A stretch of 64,000 nt of DNA, from positions 124,001 through 188,000 of the forward strand of contig JAKMXF010000334.1 of assembly GCA_024704765.1 (NCBI GenBank), read 5' to 3'. The translations under genes were made by a program, and so were the position numbers. The stretch comes from Oopsacas minuta. Lineage: Eukaryota > Animalia > Porifera. The notes below the pieces were generated by a model. That model was not told the DNA's origin. It made no database searches and saw only the letters and a program-made list of their open reading frames with translations. Below are positions 1-12,264 of the stretch, in pieces. Every line of letters starts with the position of its first letter. Positions within the stretch are counted from its first letter, which is position 1.

Positions 1-128
1 ATTGGAAGGAATTTGTTGATTTACTATTTAGTAAGGTTTATTACTGTAAATTGAGATTTACTGAACCAGCCAGTCTCTCGGGTCATGGAAAAGCTGACGG
101 TTTATCTGAAAAGTATCCTCTTACTAAC

Positions 129-3100
129 CTGCTCAATCATACCATCATTAAATATCTGATTCGTTTTCATTACTTGATGGAGTCGATTCTTTGCACTAAT
201 ATTATAGTTAAAACTGATGTGAATACCAGAAAATATAATTACTTACTTAGCCATTATAATATTATCATTACTTGAGGTGTCCAGTAGTGAAGTGCTATCA
301 TCATCACACTTTACAAGATGAACTAAAGTAGATGGGAGACTCCCTTCTAATTCTAGCATTCCCTATACAGCGTAACATCGATTTAGTAAAGTCGAAGGGG
401 CATCGCAATCATTACTAAATCGATGATATTTACTATGCATTTTGATGGACGAGATAAGGAATAGTTTTAGAAGTTTTGTAATATGGTTTGGAGTTCAAAT
501 TATCAATATGGAAAAGTTTGAAAACACTACCTGACTAACTCAGACGGTAGAGTGATATCTTTTCAAAATTTTATGAATCTTTTTGAAATTTGCTAATAAA
601 TTCAGATTGTTCATTGTTTTAATGTTGAATAATTAAATTCTACATGTTGTATTCAAGTGTATAGTTTGTATTTATACCTTTACGAATGCTGCTGCTGTCA
701 TTTGTACCCGCCCCTCATCAGAAGCGTATATCTTCAAATCATGTCTGTAAGTGGAATGTAACCGTAGGAATCCAGACCCAAGAATTGAGTTATAGTTTTC
801 TAATATAATCAATAATGATGATACCTTCATAACAGATATGTCAAAACAAACAAACAAACATCAAAATACATTACCATGATCTCCAGGATATCTAAGTCTG
901 AAGTATCTTCCTAACTCTTCTGCCTGTGCTTTACCCGTTTTCGTTAACTCTCCACCCCATTTCAATATCAATAAGAAGGAATGTGAATTCGGGTCTTGAT
1001 TACCTATGAATAGGACAAGAAGGGAAATACATATTGCTACAGTGGAGGCTGTGCAAAGGCTGTGGTTCGCGATCGGTTGGTTCAAATGACCTTTGTGCAT
1101 GCATAGCAATAATTTCCACCATACACAATACAACATTGTTGCATGTAACTAATCAGCATCGTGTATGTTGAATTTTCCATGCAAAGCATTGTACCCATAT
1201 TGGCAAGAGTTTCATGCAACAATGCTGTAAGCAACTTGCTGATGGTCATAGGATCATGTTTTATTTTCCTGCAACAATGCAATTTTCATGTAACAAAAGT
1301 TGCATAGTGTACGGTAGGATATACGAATACATGTCTAACGTATATGTAATATTAATACTGTTATTTTGATGTACCATATTTCCCTGAATAAACGCTCGAG
1401 CGTTTATTCTTTTCGTGGGGCATTTTTTCGTACAAATTCTTTACCATTTTATGATACAAAAAGATTCTGAGAAACAAATTATTCTAATTTGTTGCAAGGA
1501 CAAATGAGGCTTAAATTCATCAAGATTATTCTAGAGGTGGTGATTAATTTTTAAACACAGTCTTAGAGCCTTTTTCTTGCCCCGGCGCTTATTCAGGGAA
1601 ATACGGTGTTTGGAATTCACGGTTTCCTTGGAACGACCAATAGATTAATATCGCTTTACTGAACCTGATTTATTTTCGTAAATTTACATTTCCCCAAGAC
1701 GTGGGGGATAATATAACAGAAAGTTACCTAATCTTCCTACCTTTCTTCAACTGTCTCTTCATTTGAATCTTTCTATTAATCCCAGAAAACTTCCCATACC
1801 TAACAAGAATACTAATGTTAAAGAAACTATTATTTATATTGATGGAACAAACATAGAAAACATAAATATTGAAAATAGCACATTAGTATCGATTGTAAGA
1901 TCGGCCCAAAAAATTTTCAGATAATATCGATATTATTTTAATTATGTTATCATTAATAAGTTTGCTTTTTACATTTCTAATACAATTTTCATTTGATTCA
2001 GTTCTTTAGCTTTTGAAGCTATCACAGACTCTTCTTCTTGTCTGTTCAATACCTCTTTGATAAGATCCAGGAATTCCTATCGAATAATTAAATCAAATAT
2101 TATTTCACTCTAACCAGTTTCAACTAAGTATAATTGACTCAACACTAATCTATTACTCATTATGAAATTTTCTCAATTCTGCGCTACCAATCTTGTCAAA
2201 AAAGCATCTACCCTGGCCAGCTTGGGCCCAAAACAACTTTTTGAGGCAATTTGCTTGAAATAATATTCTCTTACCTTATATTTTACACACACGAATTATA
2301 CGCCCATTTTTTATTTGTCAATTTACACCCGGACTAGTTTAAACCCTGTACACTTAATTACGTTTTCGTACGGAATTTCTTAGGAATGTGGGACGCGGTG
2401 TACATACTATTTATATTTTATTTAGGCCAATTAATATGTAAAATCTTTCGATTTTCTCTCCCTGGGATTAAAGAAATTGAATATTTCTACTTTACAAGTA
2501 GTAAAATATGGATTTTACAGTCTGTTGATCAAAGAATTAATTTTCAGGAGGGTGGATACAATTTTGTACGGACAGGGATGAGAATAAATACATGTATTAC
2601 TTTACATGACCTTATCATGCCAAGGTAAATAGTCACCAAACTTTACTTGATCCGCATTAACACTTTAATGAATAAATGTACAATCATAATTTCCAAAATA
2701 TGCAATAAAATATTAACAAATTTTTATACATTTATATCATAAAATTTCAATATATTTTGCGGTCAAAAATTTATGAAACAAGTCTGTACACATTCTAATA
2801 GCAGATAAGCAATTCAGATTTTTGAGGGATATGAACAGGGAACGTTTATTGTGAAGATAAGTCAATGACTTAATAACCTGTAAATGCTTTGGTTTCTTTA
2901 GCTTTATCGAATCTTGATTCTTTTTATTCACTTTTTTTGAGAAGAGTTCAGTAAATCTACAGTAATTATTCATAAGTAGAACTCGGGAGAACTACACTCT
3001 ATTAATACATACTACTACTTCTTTCAATCCAAAATTTAGTTCTTATTCATTTAAATATAATTGGTAAGAATGCTCGGAAATTCGTTTGAGATTTTCTACT

Positions 3101-3979
3101 CAAAATGGTGTCCTTATAATCGATCTAGAAATACAATACTTACCTAGGATGCGAGATCACTAGCTTTATCTTTTGTTTAGGATTACGATCTCCGTGTCTC
3201 ATGACCGCAATTACACATCTCAGTTCATCACTCTTATTACTAAACAGATGTGATGGTAAATAACGTATTCTATCATTTTGTTACTGTTAGAAAATACAGT
3301 CTTACTTTATGTTTATGGTTGGCTGTTGTAGCTTTATTGGTTTATCTTGATGACCTGATACTATCCGTGGAATCTCGTTAATTAAGTATGGAGCTTGATT
3401 CTCCAGTATTATCGATCTAAAGTAATCGCAATATGAATTATTCAGCATAGCATAGATACCAACCAGATTAAGAATACAGACAGCATATTAGTCTGCTTCT
3501 GGACACGTTCCTTTTGGGTACATTTTGACTGGATATGACACTTGAATAATTTCAAAATCCTGGCTTTTCGCCATAGCTGTACAGTTGGCAAGTATGTAAT
3601 CATGGGTGTATGAGTGTAGCAGAAATTTTAGGGCTACACATATGTTTTTTGAAATTTTCACTTGCGGCTTTACTTATGATATTAGGGACCTACTGATATT
3701 TTTGAGGGTGCCAGCTCCCCCAGAACTAGGCCCATGCATGTAATTCAATACACAATATGCAATGGACCAATTTAATGCAAATTTGCTTCGGTTATGACGA
3801 TCACTTTATTTACATTTTATCGAGTATTTATAAATGGTATTACTCACGTTAATAACACACCAGCATCATCAAAATATTTAGGTGAGGACTTCACGAAGCT
3901 AAATCCGTTGACATCACAGACATACATCTTGCCTTTCGTTCTCAATAAATCAAACCCACAGACATTGTGCTACATTGGA

Positions 3980-4015
<36 letters not shown>

Positions 4016-6516
4016 CTTTTTTATATGAATTATACTTTAACTTACTCGAAATGTAATTGCAATTGTTTTAGCAATAGCTTTTTCTGTAGCAGTGAGCATA
4101 ACTGGGAATCTTACTTCCTTTCCGTATTGATCTCGATCTACCTTTCCATCCAACGACTACAAATATATTCGTAAAATTAAGATAGAGCATTTTGTAGATA
4201 AATAAACCGTCCATTAACAATATTATCTATATTGTTAAGACTGAGCCTGTACAGAATATCATTGTTAGATAATTCAATTCATAGAATATATAAATCGTAC
4301 TAACAGCAACCTATTTAGTGACGTAATCATAGTGTTGGGGATTTGTAATATGTTGCTTCAATTTCGTAGCAACATATGTATGGTATTCCAATAAAAATCC
4401 TTAAATTTTATGAGTCATAGTATATTCTCATGAAACGACTTACAGGACTTTTCCTAGCCTCAGCATGAGCATAATCAGGTCCTATACTGTATACTTTAAC
4501 ATCAGCTCCATTAGTACGTATAAACTCCTCATAGATGTATGAACCAGTTCTTCTTATCTTGGAGTCTGTTATGAAAATACTGCTTCTATCTTTGACCTAA
4601 CGAATTTAATAATTGTTAAAATGACAAACCAACTTATATACGTATAAGGTCTCATTAACTTTACCTTTCGAAATAGTTGAGTTTGGCCACCACCAGCTGA
4701 CGTTGGATAGTATATGTGCACTCTATGATCTTCTGCATGAAGTGGTTTTTCAACAAATGGCTTTTGAAAAGTTACTCCATTAATATCAATGGAATCTGCT
4801 TCTTCAGTTAAACCCAGTTCTAAGAAAAGAAATTATATCTAATACAATATTACTGTACATTCTACAGTAGACTTTACTAGGACATTAGTACTGTGCGATC
4901 ATTTTCTCCAAAAATTGTCCCATAAAAAACGTACAGGGGTGTTTGCATATTAGAAATTCGTCTAATAACAAAATCTGTCTATTAACAACGGTTGCTAATA
5001 GGCGAACTCTACTCCTTTCAATTATTTTCCACAAAGAGCATGAAATACCCTAACGTATACTATTAACTAGAGTCTACTGTATCTCGTGTATGTATTGTAT
5101 AAACACTTACTTTCATCAGTTTTAGTACCATCTCTCCGTAATACAGCATAACGTGGTATTTCTATACCTGCCTCTTCTAATGTCTGATAGACGTCAACTC
5201 TACGAACATGAATACATTAATAGTATCACAGTAATAGATATTAACACCCAATTAACTGAAACTATGAAAACACCAAATGCAAATCATTTCAACTAATAAA
5301 CTGCTCCCAACCAATACTACACATAAGAAGTAAGGTTCAAACATAAAATGCAAATTGGAACATATTCATGCTAATACGTAGCAATATTACAAACTTTCAG
5401 TTTAACCTTTCGTTGGTTTAGTTTGTAAAACCAATCCAAAAGCACAATTACTGACAAATTGAATTTACAAGGAGTAATTAATTTATATATTATTAAGTGA
5501 TAATTCGTAATAAGTAAATTGAGCTTAAATCTACTTAATATTTGATGGAATGTAATACTGTTAATGCTTAGTTTTGTGATCTGCAAGTAGGACAAGATTG
5601 AGGCTAATTGGGACACACAATATTTCATATCATGGAGCAATGGGAACTTTGAAATAGTCAAATTGGGTCTGTCTGTTACAATCGTAATGATTCGGAACAC
5701 TAAATACTTAGCACAAACGTTTTCCACAATTCCCGTGAAACATTTAAATTTACACTTTTTTGACCTTCAAAAATTCCAACATTTTGCAGACCGTATCCGT
5801 TTAATAGATCCATATAGTACTTGTGTATATGAAAGTGTTTGATAAATAAGGAATAAGGAATAAACCATGCTACTATTCGATAAATATCATAAGTATTCTA
5901 CCTATCAAGAAGTGTATATTGCATCCTCAGGTCATTGATCAAGAATGGTTGATATTTATCAGCATACTCAATAGCTTTACTAAGAGGAAATCCAGTAGAA
6001 TAGAAACTCATAAACGCGTCACAAGAAGGCCAGTCTTCAATTGGTTTATTCAGTATTGTATCTTCACTAAATATAATAACTTGTACGAGGATAGTTTTTC
6101 TGATCCGATCAAGAATTTGTTCCATTGGAATTGAATGTGACTACAACAAAATTGCAATATATTAAATTCGTTCTTAGAAATACTGTATGCCAATATAAAC
6201 TGGACACACCAAACAAACCACATTATTTTGCAAATTTTTACGATTTGATTTACCTTATGTATATGCAACATTTCAACAAATATATTAGTAGCCAACTCAA
6301 AATGAGTTTGATACAGCCCTGCTGATTGTTTGGGTACGCAACAAGCATTGGAAGTTTTATTTTCATTGACCAAAGTTGAATTGTAGTGAAACTGTATCTT
6401 ATAAGAAATTGAAACTTGGTTTGTATAATAGTTACCTTTTTCTCCATAGCACATATTCCTAATACAACATGTGTCTTTTCAACTGTTGGAGCAGCATCAA
6501 TTATTGGAGAAAACAT
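129..6516 (-). CDS. PPIP5K: Bifunctional inositol pyrophosphate kinase/phosphatase (PPIP5K/VIP1), 5' part; 3' end lies beyond the left edge. Exons (minus strand): 6516-6436, 6140-5902, 5199-5111, 4819-4665, 4596-4444, 4156-4046, 3969-3848, 3416-3306, 3239-3144, 2956-2878, 2076-1973, 1799-1741, 1003-875, 799-678, 362-247, 195-129
   Basis: Manual translation gives family motifs [41 protein letters not shown]...[28 protein letters not shown]...[30 protein letters not shown] (RHGxRxP phosphatase motif), [11 protein letters not shown] and [30 protein letters not shown]. All 16 exons have GT-AG boundaries with consistent phases. Confidence 0.97.
1374..1606. mobile_element. MITE (Tc1/mariner-type) in PPIP5K intron
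   Basis: Terminal inverted repeats CCATATTTCCCTGAATAAACGC / GCTTATTCAGGGAAATACGG; TA on the left flank; no coding capacity. Confidence 0.7.
3980..4015. repeat. (AAT)12 microsatellite filling about half of a 76-nt PPIP5K intron
   Basis: Direct sequence. Confidence 0.95.
4865..5079. mobile_element. MITE of the dispersed CAGTAGA(A/G)-TIR family (pogo/Tigger-like) in PPIP5K intron
   Basis: TA|CAGTAGACT...AGTCTACTG|TA; related termini recur at 27400, 27830, 62725 and elsewhere. Confidence 0.75.
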
Positions 6517-8634
6517 GACACCTAGTATATTTTCTATAAAACAAAATATACATACAATAAGTTCTAGTAATAGTGAATAATGTAGAGTCAAAATGTAAAA
6601 ATATATTAATCGAGTGCGGAATGGATGTAACTGCAACTATATTGCCTGCCAAACGGTGGAAACACTAAAAAAAATTAGATAATTATATTCTGTATATCTA
6701 TTTTATATTTATCAATAATCATCACCTATATACATATAACAGTGGAGGCAGTAACTCGAGTATAAATTGGATTTCCACTACACGACATTTGAATTAATTA
6801 TAGGAAAGATAACTATTATCAAAGAAATGAAAGTACAAAAAGTTCATTTGCAAATTTCATGTAACTTGATTAGAAAAATATATTTGGGACTTCCTGTAAA
6901 TGTAATTTTAGTTCATTATATAGGAAACGTGATAGTATTATAATGTAAAGGTTGTTCAAAAAGTGTTAAAATTGCAGTTTACAAATCAGGTATCCGTATT
7001 TCTATTTATACTAGCCCTTACTCTTATCTTTGTTGTCCAATATTCACATTTGACAAATCTCAAGTATTAGGAATATAATTACAGTATACAATTCAAATCC
7101 TATTAAATCATTTGAATATCATATTATGCCTGTTTGCTAAATCAACCAGTATATAGGCATATTCGTAATCACTCAAGATGTTATCATCACACACACACAC
7201 ACCAAAGTGACTCCAATATTGAGCAATTCAGTGAAACAGAAGAATTCATATAAAGCGTCGTGTTCGATCGTGAAGTGTGATTTGTGAAAAATGTTAAATT
7301 TCTAGATTATTAGATATTTGCCTCGTGTACACATTAATCTTTGTCTCTATAATGTAGCAATTGATAGTTTCTTAATTCTATAGTAATATGTAGAATTCGG
7401 ATACAGATACATTCAGTTAATACTTAATACTTCTTTCAAACCAAATTTAGTTCTATTGAATACAATATTTATTCAGATAAGAGTGTACGTATTATCATAA
7501 GACGTACAATCGCCTCGGAAAATACATAACATTTCCCCAACTTTTGTACGTATTATCAGAGTTCTAGTGTATGTTTATTCAAATTCCCATAACTCAACTA
7601 CTATCTCTCAATTCCTAGAATAACTCATATAAAATATGCAAAACTTAGGAATGGAATTTTTGTAAATAAATATTCGTCGCTCTATATCAATGATCACCTC
7701 CTGAATCCTATATAGAGATATGAATTTCTGTAAATCAGTAACTACGCTTAATCAGGGAAACTATTCTAGTCAAATTCTATCTGATTAAATGGTTTGCATA
7801 ATTGAAATAGTTATACTAACCTGATTCTGTGGATGTATCAACGACATTTTGTTCTTCTAACATTTGTTCTTACTTCAATATATTGCATATAATTCAGCTA
7901 GCAAAATACCTTAAATTTTAACCTCCACAAATGCCTCTCTCCCCTTCTAATATCACTCCTCTATAGAAACAAACAGAATAAATTGTTCCAGAAGCACTTT
8001 AAGAATGTTAGGCCATACATTCATAAACAGAATACAATGACTTTCTGTATAGATATGTCATATGTAAATATTCATTTCCCCATAATCTAAGAATGCTAAC
8101 ATTAACATCGCCTTAGCTACTACTCAAAGGTATCTCTGCATATACAACTCAAGCTCCATCTCTAAGAGCATATCATAATTACAAGGGGAATAGCACAAAA
8201 GAAATATTTAGAAATTTATTCTAAGTATTCTATTTATCACTCGTCGTGGTTTCTAACATTTGATTATGTATTATGATTTTTAATTATATATTTATTTAAT
8301 TAAAAGATAAGCAAAGTTATGTAAGTTTGTATTCTATGTTAAATTTTAATTTATGAATCCATTATTGCAAGCATTCCACTGTGGTGTATGCAGAAGAAAT
8401 TAGTAAAGTGTTAATAAATCACGTTTTTCGCGCATTTTGTTCAATGAATGAAAATTATTTGTAAAGAATTTCCACATCAAAAATTTCGAAAAACTCTCTG
8501 ATAGAATATTAATCAAGCAAATTATATTCTTTCTGGTACTCTATTATTCTAGGCATAAACCCTTTGATTATGTATAAATATGTATAATCACAAAAATTGA
8601 TTATTTTTCATTTATATTTGGATATGAATATATT

Positions 8635-10308
8635 TTGATGGCTACAGTCGTTACTGAAAAGGATATCTCAACTGAATTAGGTGGGAAAGAGAGTATTGGG
8701 GTAGGTCAATACACAAAATTGGGCCTTCCCAGGACATATGAACGGAATATTTATTGGAGTCGTGAGCCAAGTCCTCTTTCAGCAGATGACCAACCAAATA
8801 TAACCCAAAATGATTTATCAGCATCGCTTTCCCTCGGGTTCCCTACCCCAAAATGGGATCAATGTGAACATGAACGTTTCGAGTATTTCTGCGATATTTA
8901 CCTGGCAGTAATAGCTACCTTGGTATTAGCTTCATTTAAGTTGACTTTACTTATACCTCTTGACAAAGGGATGTCTCTATACGATCATCTTGCTAGGATA
9001 TATCCTAATACAGTTAGTTGGCCAGCAATTGTTGTAAACGGTATTGTAATATCTGTAGGATACGTTTACATAATTTCAATCTGGTTGAATCAAATAAGAG
9101 TTATCTATCTCTATCCAATGTTGGATAAATTTGTTGTTTGGTTGAATCTTGGTATCCTTGCCTCTCTGACATTCCTACCAATTGCATCTCTACTATATGG
9201 TGTAGAATCAGATGCAATTGTTACTGGATTTTTCTGCTTTTTCGTTGCTCTAGCTGGTATATTTCAATGTACTCACATCATTTATGTGTATATCTACAAT
9301 TATTATGAAAGTTTTCGTGATGGGACCCATGAGAATTCGAATTTCATAGTTTTGTTCATACAGCTACATGCAACGCTAGATATTCCAATTCGGGTCATTC
9401 TTGGATATGCATTATGGTTTATACCATCAGTTGGGAATAGTTTTCTGTTTATTGTATACCTAATAGCCATAATTTCTCCATTTGATTCCGTCATTCTCGA
9501 GAAAATATTCATTTACACTCAGAAGAAAACGAAGCGCATTGAGCGAATAGTTTCATACTTACAACATTACAAGAGAAAGTTAAGTAATGAAAGATTCATG
9601 CATTTTACCGATGGAGTATTTGCATTAATAAGCGCTATGCTAATAATAGATACTATTACAGTTTTTTCCAAAGAGTCTTTAGCTGTGATTAACTTTACAC
9701 AAAATTTCACTGAGATTGATCTCGTGCCAATTCTCCTAAAACTTCATGCGAATTATTTCTATAGTTTTGTATGGGCCATGTGTGTCCTTTGTACCTTTTG
9801 GATTGTCAGTTATAACATGTTCTATCGCGTCAAGGTAATAAATAGAATGGTGCTTTTTCTGAAATTTTTCGGTCTCTTCTTGGCGAATTTTATCCCTCAA
9901 TGTGCCTTTATACTGGGAAAATATGGTAGTAAAGAAAGTTATTATGATAGACATATGGCAGTTGTATTATCCTTATCGCTTGTGATTGCAATAGGAATTG
10001 TGCAATTAATTGGATGGTCCTATTTTAAATTCTTTTCCAAGACACTCTCATCGGAAAGAAATAGTGTAGCGAAAGATATTAAGATGGTTTTGATGATCAT
10101 TACATTACCATCATTGTCTTTCATTCTAATGATAATCGAGCTATTCTCTGTCAATAGCATCACCCTGCTTAAGTTGTTTATAATATTCCTAGTGCAGGTA
10201 CCGATCCTAGCATTAGTTGAGACATTACCAAACCTGTGTCGTTTCATTGGTATATGTTACGATAAACATGGCGACAAGGTTACTGGGGTATTCTATACTA
10301 GAAGCTAA
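8635..10308 (+). CDS. TMEM175: Two-repeat TMEM175-family endolysosomal K+/H+ channel, intronless, 557 aa
   Basis: Two homologous multi-TM halves, each opening with the RxxxFSD-type signature (RFEYFCDIYLAVIAT; RFMHFTDGVFALISAMLIID), followed by WxxH/Y-type helices and LNLxxLxxxxFLP-like segments. Confidence 0.88.
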   Translation: MMATVVTEKDISTELGGKESIGVGQYTKLGLPRTYERNIYWSREPSPLSADDQPNITQNDLSASLSLGFPTPKWDQCEHERFEYFCDIYLAVIATLVLASFKLTLLIPLDKGMSLYDHLARIYPNTVSWPAIVVNGIVISVGYVYIISIWLNQIRVIYLYPMLDKFVVWLNLGILASLTFLPIASLLYGVESDAIVTGFFCFFVALAGIFQCTHIIYVYIYNYYESFRDGTHENSNFIVLFIQLHATLDIPIRVILGYALWFIPSVGNSFLFIVYLIAIISPFDSVILEKIFIYTQKKTKRIERIVSYLQHYKRKLSNERFMHFTDGVFALISAMLIIDTITVFSKESLAVINFTQNFTEIDLVPILLKLHANYFYSFVWAMCVLCTFWIVSYNMFYRVKVINRMVLFLKFFGLFLANFIPQCAFILGKYGSKESYYDRHMAVVLSLSLVIAIGIVQLIGWSYFKFFSKTLSSERNSVAKDIKMVLMIITLPSLSFILMIIELFSVNSITLLKLFIIFLVQVPILALVETLPNLCRFIGICYDKHGDKVTGVFYTRS

Positions 10309-10520
10309 TCAGACGATTATTCAATTTTCTAATTCTAATTATCTATTTGCTCTGGTTATAGCTATTGCTTCGATATGTTAAATATCTAATAGGTATTTGT
10401 TGTTTGTTTTGTTATATGTATTATGTTATCAATATTGCTAACTCAATTACGTAAGGAAATTGTTATTCTGTATCTGGGAATCCGAATGGGGAGGAATTTC
10501 TCGACTCAAAATAAACTATT

Positions 10521-10719
10521 CAAGGTTGGCAAATATCGATATCGGTTAAAAATCTCCAATGCGATAAGATATATCGGAAAATTCCCCGATACAATAAATA
10601 TCGGTTAGATATTTCTAAAAATAGAAAACTTACCGAAATATCGATATTTTCTATAGATTATCGGAATGTATGATATTTTCGATATTTTTTCATAAACGAT
10701 ATTTCGGTGCCAAACCTTG
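10521..10719. mobile_element. About 200-bp MITE with internal ATATCG-rich repeats
   Basis: Termini CAAGGTTGGCA / TGCCAAACCTTG; the hexamer ACTATT is present on both flanks. Confidence 0.6.
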
Positions 10720-10727
10720 CACTATTA

Positions 10728-11975
10728 CGAAGGGCACTCGAAAAGTTTTGACGTTGATCGACATATCAGATAGTAATCATAAATTTGACTCTTACATTTT
10801 TCAAAATACTCTCCCTGACAATCTATTACATTTTTTCATTCTGGTAAACCAATTATCAAAACATTTTTTCCACTCTTCTTTGGGTATGTCTCCGATCGCT
10901 TGGAAAAGTGCCCTTCTCAACTCCTCATTAGTCGAAAATCTCCTCCCACGTAATTGATCTTTGAGTCTAGGGAACAACCAGAAGTCGCAAGGGGCTAAAT
11001 CAGGACTGTAGGGTGGGTGAAGTAATGTTTTGAGTCCAGAATTTTCTAATAACTCACGAGTTCAGATTGCCGTATACGATGATGCATTATCATGATGAAA
11101 AAGAATTCCTCTAATGCCTGTCTTCTCCCGCTGTGATGACTTTGGGTAGGCACACTGTAGTGTACCAGTCGGCAGTAACAGTCTTTATATCCTCGAGAGC
11201 AACAGTTTCGACAAACCCATTAGATCTGAAAAAAATCGCCCACATTTGTTTCCCAACAGATCTCGCCCTCCGCACTTTGGTTGGAGGTGGGGCATCTTCT
11301 TCAACCCACTCCTTTGACATTCGCTTTGTTTCTGGATCATAATGGTATATCCATGTCTCATCACCTGTAAGGATCTCAGAAACAGCTCTTGAACTTCCAT
11401 TAGCAAACCTTTTGAGCAAAATTTTGCAAAAGTCTATGCGGGATATTTTTTGCTGTAAGTTCAAAGAATGGGAGATCCATCGGGCACACAATTTCCTGAC
11501 ACAAAGCTCTTTGTGCAAAATGATATTAATTGTCCCCGATGATAACTCGGTTTCATACTCTAACTGAGCGTACGTAATATGAGGATCTTTAGTAATTAGA
11601 TCTAGCATTTCGTTAACATTTTCTTCATTATGTGAAATATTCGGTCTTCCTGAACGAGGAGCATCTTCAAGAACAAAGTTTCCGTGAATAAATTCCCTGT
11701 ACCATTGTTCAACTGTACTTTGAGAAGGAGCTAGATCCGAGAAATGTTCCTGTAAAGATTCATAGATTTCTACTCTTGTCTTCTGTAGTTTGAATAAGAT
11801 CAAAATCATTGCTCGAAATCACGTTTTGTGAGATCTGATTTAGAAAGTAGAAGAGATAAATGAATGAAAGTTTCAAAGTAGACTAATAAAATATGTCTGA
11901 AAAGATGGATGCGGAAAAATATCCGACAGATTAAAGGTTTCATATCAAACGGCAAAACTTTTCGAGTGTCCCTCG
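10728..11975 (-). mobile_element. Full-length but decayed mariner (DD34D) transposon, 1248 bp
   Basis: TA duplication on both sides; imperfect TIRs CGAAGGGCACTCGAAAAGTTTTG / CAAAACTTTTCGAGTGTCCCTCG. Transposase pieces include the HTH, ILTGDETWIYHYDP, FHHDNA and HPPYSPDLAPCDFWLF, with 34 residues between the last two aspartates. Frameshifts near 11815 and 11130 and an in-frame TGA are present. Confidence 0.95.
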
Positions 11976-12117
11976 TATACCCATGAATCCAACCTCTTAC
12001 TCTCTGAATGCTGACCATCTACATTCCAAATTGTTTACTATAAAATATAGTCATGTAATTTGTTCCCAATCCGCCCGTTTTTGCTGAATACACTCTATAC
12101 CTATACTATGTATAATA

Positions 12118-12264
12118 GGGCTGTTCAAACGTTACGTGATGCTAGAAGGGGAGGGGAGTATGTGAAGTGTGACAGCTCCATTCTTTTTGTATTATAAAAT
12201 GGTCCAAAAGAGTGAGGGGTGTCAATATTTATGGAATTTGCGTTACTTAACGTTTGAACGGCCC
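12118..12264. mobile_element. About 150-bp MITE
   Basis: Termini GGGCTGTTCAAACGTTA / TAACGTTTGAACGGCCC. Confidence 0.7.

Noticed and set aside
6780-8180. Possible small multi-exon gene between PPIP5K and TMEM175 (coding-like pieces on both strands, one interrupted at a CA microsatellite near 7188-7202)
   Set aside because: No phase-consistent model on either strand without introns under 30 nt or internal stops, and no recognisable domain.
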